This document shows, piece by piece, positions 27,548 through 37,470 of a DNA stretch of 64,000 nt (positions are counted from its first letter, which is position 1; the number at the start of each line of letters is the position of its first letter). Source of the DNA: an uncultured bacterium (GTDB lineage: Bacteria; Patescibacteriota; Saccharimonadia; UBA4664; SCTI01); the NCBI GenBank assembly GCA_963721685.1, contig CAVRJJ010000005.1, positions 39,943 to 103,942 on the forward strand, read 5' to 3'. Below the pieces are notes generated by a model. It was not told the origin of the DNA and did not search any database. It was given only the letters and a program-made list of their open reading frames with translations. A program made the position numbers and the translations under genes.

Positions 27548-29329
27548 CTACCATCCTGGCGCGGCCCATAACAGACTGTCCGCGCCGCCACTGTCCCACG
27601 AAGGGTTCAACAAACGCAGCGCGCCGTCGTCATAAAGCTTAAGCCAGGCTCCCGATACCAATGGCGCACCCTGCCATGAGGTAGCCCACACCGAACTAGG
27701 CGTCGGGCTAAACATCACCAAGTTACCGTTTGACTGCATAACCATGTAGGTGGCAGCGGTAGGGCCGGTGCTCCAGATATTTGAGCCGGAGTTGTCGTAG
27801 AGCGCCATATTGCCGTCGTTCCACAGGGCTAGCTTAGAGGAGCAGGAAAACGCATTAGCGTAGCAGCTGGGGTTGTAGGCGCGTAAAGCCATACGGTCAT
27901 TTTCTCCGTTATTTGAGTCCAGCTGCAAGTAGTCATCGGGAGCCATCCTGTCACTAACCGCCCAGCCGGATAAAGAGGCGGTTTTAAGGGCAGCTCCCCC
28001 CGAGTCATTAATGGTGAGGGTAGCATTTTTAGGGCCAGCGTTAATTAGACGGTTATTGGCAACACCGCTAGGAGGGAAAAACCGCACCGTTACCGTGCAG
28101 CTAGCGGTTGCTGCAAGCGTCGCGGGTGGCGCTGGGCAGTTTTCGGAAGCTATTGAGTAGCTGGAGGCGGCAGGGCCGGAAATGACGCCAGGCGTGGCCG
28201 CCAGCGTAACAGTGGAAGGCCCGGGATTCGTTATGGTAAACGGCTGTGTAGGCTTCGTCCCACCAGTATTAAACAAATGCCAGGCACCTGGAAATTCGTA
28301 TGCCGTGGGCGAAAGATTAACCGTGGGTGGCGAAGGCATGGTGGTGGAACAAGTAAACGACCCTGATTCAAAAGGAGGGGGCTCAAACCAGTACACATCA
28401 CTGCCATTCATGCGAGGGTCCCCAGCGTAGTCCGCGGGTTGCTCTAACTTTGCCCCCAGCGCCATCTTATTTTCTCGGGAAGATGGCCAGCCCATCCCTG
28501 CGGGATAGCAGTAATAGGCATAGGAGTATCCCGCGCCGCCTAGGGCGGGGAAAAAGACATCGCCTGTCCCATTGTTTACGGGATCAGTTGGCACGCCGGG
28601 AGGCGTTAAGAACGGCAAGAAACCACCTTGCGAGCTATAATCCCATCCTCCCGGATCGGCGCCGCCGTAAGCCGCGGTGGTAGGCAGCTTATTGCCGTTA
28701 GCGGCCGCGTAAGCCATTAAGCGGTCATGTATAGCCACTAAGTCCTCAATACGCTGGCAGTCCCTGCCCTGGGGTGTCGTAAGCGGCGCGGGGCACAGCG
28801 GAGGCGGGGGCGGCGGGGCGAGAAATCCCCCATTTAACGGGTCGGTCACAAACAGCGGAGCGCTACAAGTAGGCGTAAAGTCATAAGTTGCCGGGGCCGC
28901 AAACACAGAGCCCGATTCGCGAGTGAAGATCATTGCTTGCTTGGCGCCGTTATATTCCAGTTGATTTGGCAAAGTAATCTCTTCCCTGTCACAGGCATCC
29001 AATCTGGCGTTAGGATCTTCGGCGTCTCCGATCAATGTGTACACGTACATTCTCGTCCGGTCGACACCAGGATCGAATTCCACCAATTTGCCAAACACGT
29101 CTTTCGTTGAAACCCCGGTTCCGGCGGTGCCGACCTTTACGCCGCTAAAGGCCTCATTTTTGACCCTCACCAATTGGCTATGAATCTGGTCGATCGCGGT
29201 GTTAAAGGAAGTTTCTTTACGCAAGCCCGCTTGCGCCGTCATGGCGCCCGCGATTAATAGGGCCGTAATTGCAAGTGCAAGTACAGTTTCAATAAGGGTA
29301 AATCCACGTTGGTTTTTCACCTTCACCAT
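27548..29329 (-). CDS. Large type IV pilin-like protein with C-terminal bulb-type (B-) lectin domain
   Basis: RGFTLIETVLALAI prepilin N-terminus; poly-Pro linker; lectin repeats LQLDSNNGEND...WNDGNMALYD...QSNGNLVMF (QxDxNxVxY-like). Confidence 0.65.
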   Translation of the reverse strand: MVKVKNQRGFTLIETVLALAITALLIAGAMTAQAGLRKETSFNTAIDQIHSQLVRVKNEAFSGVKVGTAGTGVSTKDVFGKLVEFDPGVDRTRMYVYTLIGDAEDPNARLDACDREEITLPNQLEYNGAKQAMIFTRESGSVFAAPATYDFTPTCSAPLFVTDPLNGGFLAPPPPPPLCPAPLTTPQGRDCQRIEDLVAIHDRLMAYAAANGNKLPTTAAYGGADPGGWDYSSQGGFLPFLTPPGVPTDPVNNGTGDVFFPALGGAGYSYAYYCYPAGMGWPSSRENKMALGAKLEQPADYAGDPRMNGSDVYWFEPPPFESGSFTCSTTMPSPPTVNLSPTAYEFPGAWHLFNTGGTKPTQPFTITNPGPSTVTLAATPGVISGPAASSYSIASENCPAPPATLAATASCTVTVRFFPPSGVANNRLINAGPKNATLTINDSGGAALKTASLSGWAVSDRMAPDDYLQLDSNNGENDRMALRAYNPSCYANAFSCSSKLALWNDGNMALYDNSGSNIWSTGPTAATYMVMQSNGNLVMFSPTPSSVWATSWQGAPLVSGAWLKLYDDGALRLLNPSWDSGGADSLLWAAPGW

Positions 29330-29353
29330 CTTGATAGAATTATAGCATAAGTA

Positions 29354-30163
29354 TTATGGATACTGGGGCAAAAGAATACTAAAACCGCTAACTTGCATGT
29401 ACCAGCCAATGATTTCCGCGCCATATAAGTAGGCCACAACGGTCCCCGCAATCAAAAAGGGTCCAAACGGGATGTGTTCGGTGCGTTTTTTAACTTTGAA
29501 CCAGATCAATAATAAGCCAATTACAGCCGCGGTATTAAACGCGATAAGCATGGCCAACGCGGTATTCTGTAAGCCCAGCAGAAGCCCCATAACGAATGCC
29601 AGCTTAATATCCCCTCCTCCCATCCATTTACCCCCCGAAACCGCTGCTAAACTGTAGAAGAACCCGCCAAACAAGACGGCTGCCGCCACCGAACCTATGA
29701 GCGGCTGCACCGACTGCGCCATGACGGCGTGGGTAATGGCCATGGCAACAGCCGGAACGATTAAAGGGAGCAACACTTTGTCTGGCAGCAAATACCAGCG
29801 GATATCATAGACCGCGAGGATGACCATGCTGGAAAGTATATAGAGCCATATGCCAAAAAAAATGAGGTTGGAAAAAGTATTTAACTCAAGCTGCAGGTAA
29901 CTTACGACAAATAAGGCCGCGGTAACCAGTTCTACCAAGGGATACTGAACGGAAATCGGTTTTTTACAATGGCGGCAGCGCCCGCGCTGCATAACCCAGC
30001 TGATTAGTGGCACTAACTCACCTGACGCAAGCGGGTGTTTGCAGCGCGGACACTCCGACCGGCCTTTGACAAACTGTTTTCCCGCGTGTAACCGCACAAT
30101 AACCACGTTCAAGAAGCTACCAACGAGAAGGCCAAGCACACCTATAAGAAAAAGCATAAGCAT
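29354..30163 (-). CDS. pilD: Prepilin peptidase (A24 family)
   Basis: CPRC...CRHC zinc-binding tetrad, catalytic Asp region YLLPD. Confidence 0.85.
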   Translation of the reverse strand: MLMLFLIGVLGLLVGSFLNVVIVRLHAGKQFVKGRSECPRCKHPLASGELVPLISWVMQRGRCRHCKKPISVQYPLVELVTAALFVVSYLQLELNTFSNLIFFGIWLYILSSMVILAVYDIRWYLLPDKVLLPLIVPAVAMAITHAVMAQSVQPLIGSVAAAVLFGGFFYSLAAVSGGKWMGGGDIKLAFVMGLLLGLQNTALAMLIAFNTAAVIGLLLIWFKVKKRTEHIPFGPFLIAGTVVAYLYGAEIIGWYMQVSGFSILLPQYP

Positions 30164-30214
30164 AGTATAACAAAGAACCGCTCCGAAGAGCGGCCCTTTG
30201 CAAACTAGGATGTC

Positions 30215-30646
30215 TTAGCTGTTAGTGGTACAGAACCAATCGCCACTTTCAAGTCGGGTAGCGACTTGCCAGTTACGGTTGACAACCGTTACCTGAGAAT
30301 CGTTAACCGCGCCAGTGCCCGGCGCTGGACAAGTGCCAATCGCACCGACCGCGGTCAGTGTATACTCGGTATTGTCCGGTGTTTGCGTACGGGCCGCAAC
30401 CACCGTGGTAAATTGGGCTAGGGTCAGCCCGCCGGCCGCTGTTGGGTAGTTACCTCTTCGGTTCCCAGCTGACTCTTCAAGCAACGAACCAATTACCGCC
30501 GCATCATCACGCCGTTGGGCATCGCGCCGGCTTTGCTGGGCGCCCCTAACGGCAATAAAGATTGCCACCAAAATCAATGCCGCGATTGCCAAAACAATCA
30601 CGATCTCGATCAGCGTGAAGCCTTTCTTGTTAGTTAACTTTTTCAT
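30215..30646 (-). CDS. Type IV pilin (major pilin candidate)
   Basis: KKGFTLIEIVIVLAIAALIL class III signal/N-terminal helix; 143 aa. Confidence 0.75.
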   Translation of the reverse strand: MKKLTNKKGFTLIEIVIVLAIAALILVAIFIAVRGAQQSRRDAQRRDDAAVIGSLLEESAGNRRGNYPTAAGGLTLAQFTTVVAARTQTPDNTEYTLTAVGAIGTCPAPGTGAVNDSQVTVVNRNWQVATRLESGDWFCTTNS

Positions 30647-30729
30647 TTTACATTCACCTCCTTGTATATGACCAATTGTAAATCATCTTAGCATTAGTAT
30701 TACTGAAAGTGCTTACGGTTGTCAAGCGG

Positions 30730-31956
30730 TTATTTGAGCTGGTCAACCCCGCCGCCCCCAATCAAGCTGTACACCGGACCCAACACGGCTATAATGATGC
30801 CCATGATCAGCGTGCCCATAATCACCATCATTAAAGGTTCAATGGTGGTAGAAAGATTCTTTACCGCCTCGTCTACCTCATCTTCGTAGTAAACCGCTGC
30901 CTTATCGAGCATGGTATCTATAGCGCCCGATTCTTCGCCAATTTTGCTCATCTGGGCTACCAGTGGAAGAAAATGGGTGCTGTTTTCAAGGCCTTGGGAC
31001 AGCGACTTGCCTCCCCGAACCATACCAATGGCTTCGTTAACGTCGGCCGCTAAAATACGGTTACTAATGGCGTTGCGGGAAGTTTCCATGGCTTGAAGCA
31101 TCGGAATACCGCTGGCGAGCAAGGTGTGCATGGTTCGCGCGAATCGAGCCATATAGACCTTCTTAAACAGAATGCCGAAAATAGGCATCCTCAGTTTATA
31201 ACTATCGATGTGCAATTGGATGTTTTCAGTAATTAGTAGCTTCTTGGCGCCAAGGAAGGCCGGTACCATAGCGAGCAAAATGGCCCACCAGAAGGCTTTC
31301 AAGAAATCAGACATGCTAATTAGGATTTTGGTAGCAAATGGCAATTCCTTCTTAAGGTCGGCGTACAGCTTGGCAACTTCAGGAACCACGGTAGTAAGCA
31401 TCAAAATGATTACGCCAATAATCAGCGCAAATACAATCGCCGGATACACCAAGGCGCTCCGAATCTTTCCGGCGATCGCCGCCTCTTTTTCCTGCTGGTT
31501 GGCTAGTCTCAGTAGAGCCTGGTCAAGCGTACCGGAGGTTTCGCCGGCGGAAACTAAAGCAATATAGATCTCATTAAAGACTGCTGGGTGCTGCGCGAAG
31601 GCGTTGGCTAAGGTTGAGCCGCCTTCAACGCTTGCCACCACCGAATTAAGCACTCCCTTGAACTTGGGGCTGGTGATCTGCTCCTCGACGGTGCGTAATC
31701 CTTTAGCGAGCGGGAGTCCGGCATTTACCAGCGTAGAGAGTTGCCGGGTAAAGATAACCCGTTCCTTGGTGCTGATGCGTCCCTTAAGTCCGATGCGGTT
31801 TAAGATGTTACTTTCCGTTTTAGGGGTGATGTCGAGCGGAAACAAGCTTTGGTCGCGTAGTACTTTAGCTGCGGCTTGCACGCTTTCAGCTTTTACGTCT
31901 GCCTTTACCACCTGTCCGGTAGCGAGGTTCTTGGCAGTAAAGTTATAGTCGATCAT
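30730..31956 (-). CDS. pilC: Type IV pilus inner-membrane platform protein (GspF family)
   Basis: 408 aa, duplicated T2SSF domains. Confidence 0.9.
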   Translation of the reverse strand: MIDYNFTAKNLATGQVVKADVKAESVQAAAKVLRDQSLFPLDITPKTESNILNRIGLKGRISTKERVIFTRQLSTLVNAGLPLAKGLRTVEEQITSPKFKGVLNSVVASVEGGSTLANAFAQHPAVFNEIYIALVSAGETSGTLDQALLRLANQQEKEAAIAGKIRSALVYPAIVFALIIGVIILMLTTVVPEVAKLYADLKKELPFATKILISMSDFLKAFWWAILLAMVPAFLGAKKLLITENIQLHIDSYKLRMPIFGILFKKVYMARFARTMHTLLASGIPMLQAMETSRNAISNRILAADVNEAIGMVRGGKSLSQGLENSTHFLPLVAQMSKIGEESGAIDTMLDKAAVYYEDEVDEAVKNLSTTIEPLMMVIMGTLIMGIIIAVLGPVYSLIGGGGVDQLK

Positions 31957-31965
31957 GCCCCTAGG

Positions 31966-33032
31966 ACCTCATTAGCCTTTCAAGCTCGTTCAAGTCAACC
32001 GCGTAGTTTTTGGCTTCATCAAAGGTGATTTTACCATCATGGATGAGCTTAACCAGGGTACGGTCCATCGATTGCATCCCGTCATCGGCTCCGGTTTGGA
32101 TAACCGAGTCAAGCTGGTGGGTTTTGCCCTTCGCGGATAATGTTGCGGGCGGCCGAGGTCATAACTAAAATTTCGGCGGCCGCAACCCGCCCCCCCCCAA
32201 TTTGGGGAATGAGGCGCTGCGAGCAAATAGCCTGCAGCATGCTGGCCACCTGAACGCGAATTTGCTGTTGCTGGTGCGGCGGGAACACATCAATCATGCG
32301 GTCAATTGACTGGGCCGCGGAGTTGGTATGGAGCGTAGCAAGCACAAGATGGCCGGTTTCGGCTAAGGTTATGGCCGAGGAAATCGTTTCAAGGTCGCGC
32401 ATTTCCCCCACTAAAATGACATCCGGATCCTGGCGCATACTAGAACGCAAGGCCGAACCAAACGAATAGGTGTCGTAGTGCACTTCGCGTTGCACTACAA
32501 TCGATTTTTTACTGGTATGGGCATACTCAATGGGGTCTTCAATCGTAATAATATGGCGGGACTGCTCACGGTTAACCTGGTCTAAAATGGCCGCCAAGGT
32601 GGTAGACTTGCCGGAGCCGGTTGGTCCGGTTACCAAAACTAACCCGCGAGGATAATTGGCGAACTTGCTCACCACGGCGGGCATATCCAACTCTTCAAGG
32701 GTGCGGATCTTATTGGGAATCAAGCGAAAAGCGCCCGCCAGGTTGCCCCGCTCATGAAAAGCGTTCACCCGGAAGCGGCCATATTCGCCAAAGCTGAAGG
32801 AGAAATCAACTTCCTTGTCTTTTACTAAAATTTTCTTCTGCTCCTCATCGAGCACCGACATTAACAGCTTTTCTATGGCATCTCCATCAAGAACCGGCGC
32901 TTCATCAACCGCAACCAACGATCCGTCAACGCGCAGCATCGGCGGCAAACCTACCTGGATATGAAGGTCGGACGCGTTGCGCTTAATAATTTCTTCGAGA
33001 AGTATTTCAATTTTTAGTCCCGCTGCCTGCAT
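31966..33032 (-). CDS. pilT: Twitching-motility ATPase PilT; reading frame interrupted by apparent +1 frameshift near 32130-32140
   Basis: Walker A GPTGSGKST; frame A ends ...NIIREGQNPPA*; next frame continues KTHQLDSVIQTGADDGMQSMDRTLVKLIHDGKITFDEAKNYAVDLNELERLMRS, the canonical PilT C-terminus. Confidence 0.85.
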
Positions 33033-33104
33033 AATTTTGCATCACCCCTTTGTAAGCATAACCATTTAGTTTAAGGATAGCATATCCGTTTGGTGTCTGT
33101 CATG

Positions 33105-34877
33105 TTAGAAATCGGACGCCACCCGCGCCACCTCTTCCAGGGTCGTTAAGCCATTTAAGGCTTTTAGGTAACCATCTTGTTTCATTGTTACCATCCCGTC
33201 TTTCTGGGCCTGTGTTTGAATCTCGGTGGTTGTGGCTTTGCGAACCAATAAATCTGTCATGGCTTCGCTCAGTGTAAAGACCTCATAAATACCCGTCCGG
33301 CCTTTATACCCTTCCTTGCAATCCTTACACCCTTTACCCCGGTACAGGGTGTAGGCGGTTTGCCCGTCGAGCGGCACAATGTCATATCCCAAGTCGGTTT
33401 TGGCAGTTTCAACCTCCTTTTCGGTTTTTGGCAAAATGTCTATCAGTGTTTCTTTGATCGACTTAATTTCAGCCTCATCGGCCGGGTGCTCTTCCCGGCA
33501 GCTGGGGCAAACCTGCCGTACCAGGCGCTGGCCAATAACGGTATTAACGGTGGAGCCAACCAAAAACGGTTCAACGCCCATATCGAGCAGACGCGGCAGT
33601 ACGCCAGCGGCGGAGTTTGTGTGGATGGTTGAAAGCACTACATGCCCGGTTAAGGCCGACTGGACCGCTAAATTAGCGGTTTCCGGGTCGCGGATCTCCC
33701 CCACCATAATGACGTTGGGGTCTTGGCGTAAAATCGACCGCAAGCCACTGGCAAAGGTTAGCCCCACCTCTGTATTAATTTGGATCTGGTTTACCCCCTC
33801 CATCTTGTACTCTACCGGATCTTCCAGGGTGACAATATTGATTTTGACATTTTTAATGGCAACCAACGCCGCGTATAAAGTAGTGGACTTACCTGATCCC
33901 GTTGGCCCGGTAGCCAATGTCATGCCGTGAGGCTTCTTGATCCCTTCCACAATATTGCGGAACGCCCTTCCTTTATACCCCAGCGATTCAAGCGTGAGCA
34001 TCTCTGAGTCTTTATTCAGCAAGCGGATAACAATTTGCTCACCCCAGACTACCGGGGAAATGGCAATACGCAGGTCAATCTCCTGCTTGCCAACATTAAT
34101 CACGAACTGGCCGTCTTGCGGAACCCGATGCTCATCAATTTTTAAATTGGAAAGGATTTTAATACGTGAGACTAGCGCCGGCTCAATGGTTTTCGGCAGT
34201 TTCATCGCCTCCTGCAATACGCCATCAACCCGGAAACGTATGCGCACGTCTTCTTCGCGCGGCTCCACGTGGATATCCGAGGCCCGAGAGTTTACCGCGT
34301 ACTCCAGGATCGTGCTTAAGGCCTTGGAAATAGGCGCGTCTTGCACTAGGTTTTGCAGCGACTTACCGCTCAGCTTTTTGTCGTCTTTCTCGCTTTGCTC
34401 GGTAGCGGTTTGAACTATCTTCTTTAGGTCGGCCGAAATTTCCGCGGCATACTGAAGCATAATGGTCTCTACCCCGCTTTGCGAAGCCATGAACGTGGTG
34501 AGCGGCTGGCCGACTTTACGGGTTAGGAAGTCAACCGCCTGCAAATTGGTGGGGTCAACCATGGCAACCGCTAACCGGCCGTCCACCTTCCCAAAGGCCA
34601 CTGCACCATAAGTTTCGGCAAATTCGCGCGGTATCGCTGAAAGCACCGCTTGAGGCACCACTACCCCTGAAAGATTCACATACTGCAACCCGCTGGCTTT
34701 AGCCAGAATCCGCGACGTTTCCTCATCATCTATAAGGCCGGCTTTCTGCAAAATAGCCAGCAGCGGCTGGCTATCGTGAAGCGCCCGCAGCTTAAAGTCG
34801 TCTAATTGCTCGGTGGTGAGAATATTTTTCTCAAGCAGAAGCTCTTCAACATTGCGCTGGGTCTTAGTTGATAGCAT
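33105..34877 (-). CDS. pilB: Type IV pilus assembly ATPase (GspE family) with N-terminal T2SSE_N domain
   Basis: Walker A GPTGSGKST; tetracysteine CPSC...CKDC. Confidence 0.9.
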   Translation of the reverse strand: MLSTKTQRNVEELLLEKNILTTEQLDDFKLRALHDSQPLLAILQKAGLIDDEETSRILAKASGLQYVNLSGVVVPQAVLSAIPREFAETYGAVAFGKVDGRLAVAMVDPTNLQAVDFLTRKVGQPLTTFMASQSGVETIMLQYAAEISADLKKIVQTATEQSEKDDKKLSGKSLQNLVQDAPISKALSTILEYAVNSRASDIHVEPREEDVRIRFRVDGVLQEAMKLPKTIEPALVSRIKILSNLKIDEHRVPQDGQFVINVGKQEIDLRIAISPVVWGEQIVIRLLNKDSEMLTLESLGYKGRAFRNIVEGIKKPHGMTLATGPTGSGKSTTLYAALVAIKNVKINIVTLEDPVEYKMEGVNQIQINTEVGLTFASGLRSILRQDPNVIMVGEIRDPETANLAVQSALTGHVVLSTIHTNSAAGVLPRLLDMGVEPFLVGSTVNTVIGQRLVRQVCPSCREEHPADEAEIKSIKETLIDILPKTEKEVETAKTDLGYDIVPLDGQTAYTLYRGKGCKDCKEGYKGRTGIYEVFTLSEAMTDLLVRKATTTEIQTQAQKDGMVTMKQDGYLKALNGLTTLEEVARVASDF

Positions 34878-34884
34878 GGGCTAC

Positions 34885-35148
34885 CTAACGTATGGGCTTA
34901 AATGGTGACTGATTTCCGATGCCCGAGCGCAGGTCCGGAGGGACATAAAAGTCCTTTACCGTGCTCGCGTCGGTTATCTTTAATAGCTGTTTTGAATCAA
35001 AGTCGGAGGCAATCGGACGAACCTCTTCGTAGGTGTACTTACTCTTTGAAGATTTTCCGCCGCCCGAAAGCTGGCTGAAAACAACTATCCCAGCTACCAC
35101 GAAAATGAGGCCGGCAACTGAAAGCTGAATTATTTCTTTCTGTTTCAT
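34885..35148 (-). CDS. Small single-TM protein (possible PilP-like)
   Basis: 87 aa, N-terminal TM; overlaps pilO-like gene by 4 bp. Confidence 0.35.
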   Translation of the reverse strand: MKQKEIIQLSVAGLIFVVAGIVVFSQLSGGGKSSKSKYTYEEVRPIASDFDSKQLLKITDASTVKDFYVPPDLRSGIGNQSPFKPIR

Positions 35149-35789
35149 TGAAGCTCCTTGATGGGGTCTGTTAAGTCGGTTTTAACTTGGTAGGCTGTTT
35201 CAACTTGAAGCGTGACGCGCAGGACCTCATCATTACCTTTAAACTCAGCCGCGGTTACCCGTAGCGGACGGACAGAAAGTTCCATGTTCTTCAAAAGGCC
35301 TAGAATTTTTTCATATGAACCCTGTACTTCTATGCTAAAGCTAACCGGCACGGCGGCGGCGCCTGTTGATTGCTGGGTCACATCGCTGGCTTGCTGGGCC
35401 ACGGTGTCGGGATTAATAGCCTTTACGTTAACGCCAGCTGAAGTGGCCGCGAACTCAATTAAGCTTACAATCTGAGGAAAATCCGGAGTATTGGGAATGG
35501 CGTGCTCTATGAGCACCCGCCGCTGCCCCAGCCCATGGTATTCATCAATTAATTCTGTCGCGTTGGTAATTTTGTCATCGTACTTGTTTTGGACATCAAC
35601 TTTTTTGGCAATGAGCCTGGTTTGCATATAAGCGGTTTTACCCAAGTTAAGCGCCACATACAGCGTAATACCTATCACCATCACGCAAATAAGTGCCATG
35701 AGGGCTAAATAGTTGTTAGTTGAAGCCGTTTTCTTCTCTAAGGCTTTGGATAGTTTGGGGCCCTTCGCGGGGGCTTTAGTTTTGGCCAC
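35145..35789 (-). CDS. pilO: PilO-like pilus assembly protein
   Basis: Single TM then periplasmic-type domain; operon position after pilN. Confidence 0.5.
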   Translation of the reverse strand: MAKTKAPAKGPKLSKALEKKTASTNNYLALMALICVMVIGITLYVALNLGKTAYMQTRLIAKKVDVQNKYDDKITNATELIDEYHGLGQRRVLIEHAIPNTPDFPQIVSLIEFAATSAGVNVKAINPDTVAQQASDVTQQSTGAAAVPVSFSIEVQGSYEKILGLLKNMELSVRPLRVTAAEFKGNDEVLRVTLQVETAYQVKTDLTDPIKELQ

Positions 35790-36366
35790 TTGTCACCTCG
35801 CTAGACATCTTGGTAGTTAATTTAAAGGACACAACCCCCGCCGTATCTTCACTCACCGCCGCCAGTTCCGTGCCGCTAAAGAAAGGCGTGTTTGAATCTG
35901 AAGGTTTGTTCCCAATTTCCACATTTGCCGCGTCGAGCGCCTTAGCAAACTTTGTGGCTAACGCAAAGGTTTTGGCAGTAGCTTTTACTTCCAGGGTATT
36001 GTCGTCGGCGATACTAAGCGACTCAACGGAAACACCTTGAGGCGAAAAGTCTTGCAGCACGTTAAAAAAGGCGCTTAAATAGGTTTTTTCATCATTGAGC
36101 TTATTCCACGTCTTTAAATGGTCGTTTAGGGTAACGGCCGCCTGCAAGTCTGACATTTCGGTCAGTTTTTCCTTCTTACCGTCAATACTGCCCTGCAGGC
36201 CAAGTAAAATGCCCTTTTGACTCAACACAATTAAAATTAGGACACCGACAATGGCGGTGCATACCACGCCCACCAAAATGGCGACGGTTGAGGCAAGCTT
36301 TTTACGGCGCTTATTGCGCTGGCTCGTCTGGTAAACTTCCGGAGCTAGGTTAATGCGAGTTGTCAT
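35776..36366 (-). CDS. pilN: PilN-like pilus assembly protein
   Basis: MTTRINLAPEV... basic stretch then TM, characteristic of PilN. Confidence 0.55.
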   Translation of the reverse strand: MTTRINLAPEVYQTSQRNKRRKKLASTVAILVGVVCTAIVGVLILIVLSQKGILLGLQGSIDGKKEKLTEMSDLQAAVTLNDHLKTWNKLNDEKTYLSAFFNVLQDFSPQGVSVESLSIADDNTLEVKATAKTFALATKFAKALDAANVEIGNKPSDSNTPFFSGTELAAVSEDTAGVVSFKLTTKMSSEVTSGQN

Positions 36367-37403
36367 CCCAACAAATCCCTTTCAGCCAATCCGGCCGCTA
36401 CCCCATAGCTGGTTGAAATACCCATGAGAGTATTCTGCATATCGGCCGGATAGGAAACTTTCAGCCAGCTGTTGGCTATTTCTACCGGCAAACCGGTGGC
36501 GGTTGAAATATAAGTTGGCATTTCAGGCAATGAGGCCGTTCCGCCCGTTAGCACAATCTTTTCTAGCTTGATCTGAGGATACTGTTCAAGATAGAACTTA
36601 ATAGACTTATCTACCTCGCCCATCAGCTGGTCCATACTTGGCTGGATGGCTTTAAATACCTGCCCTTCCAGTTTGGTTTGGGTCAACCCGAACTTTTTGG
36701 TAAATTGATCGGCCTGCACTTCATCAAGTCCCAGTTTTTGGGCAACGGCGCGAACAAAAATGGTTCCTCCCACGTTCACTGACCGCAGCAGCTTGGGCAC
36801 GTTTGCCTGCACTATTGAGATGTCGCTGGTAAGGCTCCCCACATCAAGCACCAATACCGCTAGATCGTTCGGTTGCACGACTGCCCGGGCAAGAGCCAGG
36901 GCGTTGGGTTCAAGCGCGACGAGCTCCAGCCCCGCTTGCTCGCATAGGCCGACATATTTTTGGGTTACGTGGTTGGGGGCCGCTACCAATAAAACTTCCT
37001 GCTCTTCCGGCGTTTTACCCGGCCCAATTACATACCAGTCGAGTTTTACGTCTTTAACATCCATTGGTACGTACTGGTCGGCTTGTAGCTGAATCGCCTT
37101 TGCCAAATCGCCGTGGCTAAGCTTGGGAGTTGAAATAATAGTGGCAAACACTTTGGTTGAAGGTACGCCCGCTACCACGTACTTTGTGGAGATGTGGGCA
37201 TCCTTTACCAATTGCTTAATGAATCCGGCGGTTTTGGTTACATCAGCCGGGCTATCGCTGGTGGTTAGCCCTGGCGGCAATACTAATTGGCCGTAGGAAG
37301 CCATAACCGGCTTGTTGCCCGAGCGTTTTAGGTGCACGGCCCGCAGGGCATTAGTACCAATGTCCAGGCCGAAATATTCAGGTGTAGAATCTAATAAACC
37401 CAT
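36363..37403 (-). CDS. pilM: Type IV pilus assembly protein PilM (actin-like ATPase fold)
   Basis: 346 aa actin/FtsA-like fold, first gene of pilMNO block. Confidence 0.8.
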   Translation of the reverse strand: MGLLDSTPEYFGLDIGTNALRAVHLKRSGNKPVMASYGQLVLPPGLTTSDSPADVTKTAGFIKQLVKDAHISTKYVVAGVPSTKVFATIISTPKLSHGDLAKAIQLQADQYVPMDVKDVKLDWYVIGPGKTPEEQEVLLVAAPNHVTQKYVGLCEQAGLELVALEPNALALARAVVQPNDLAVLVLDVGSLTSDISIVQANVPKLLRSVNVGGTIFVRAVAQKLGLDEVQADQFTKKFGLTQTKLEGQVFKAIQPSMDQLMGEVDKSIKFYLEQYPQIKLEKIVLTGGTASLPEMPTYISTATGLPVEIANSWLKVSYPADMQNTLMGISTSYGVAAGLAERDLLG

Positions 37404-37470
37404 ATGACTCTATACTACCATAATGCTTAAGCTTTGTAATAGTATTTTCATTCCCACCTCTTTCGCTATT

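Noticed and set aside
33360-34413. Plus-strand ORFs inside pilB (33379..33930, 33937..34413)
   Set aside because: Antisense to a conserved ATPase gene. Ser/Thr/Arg-rich with no motifs.
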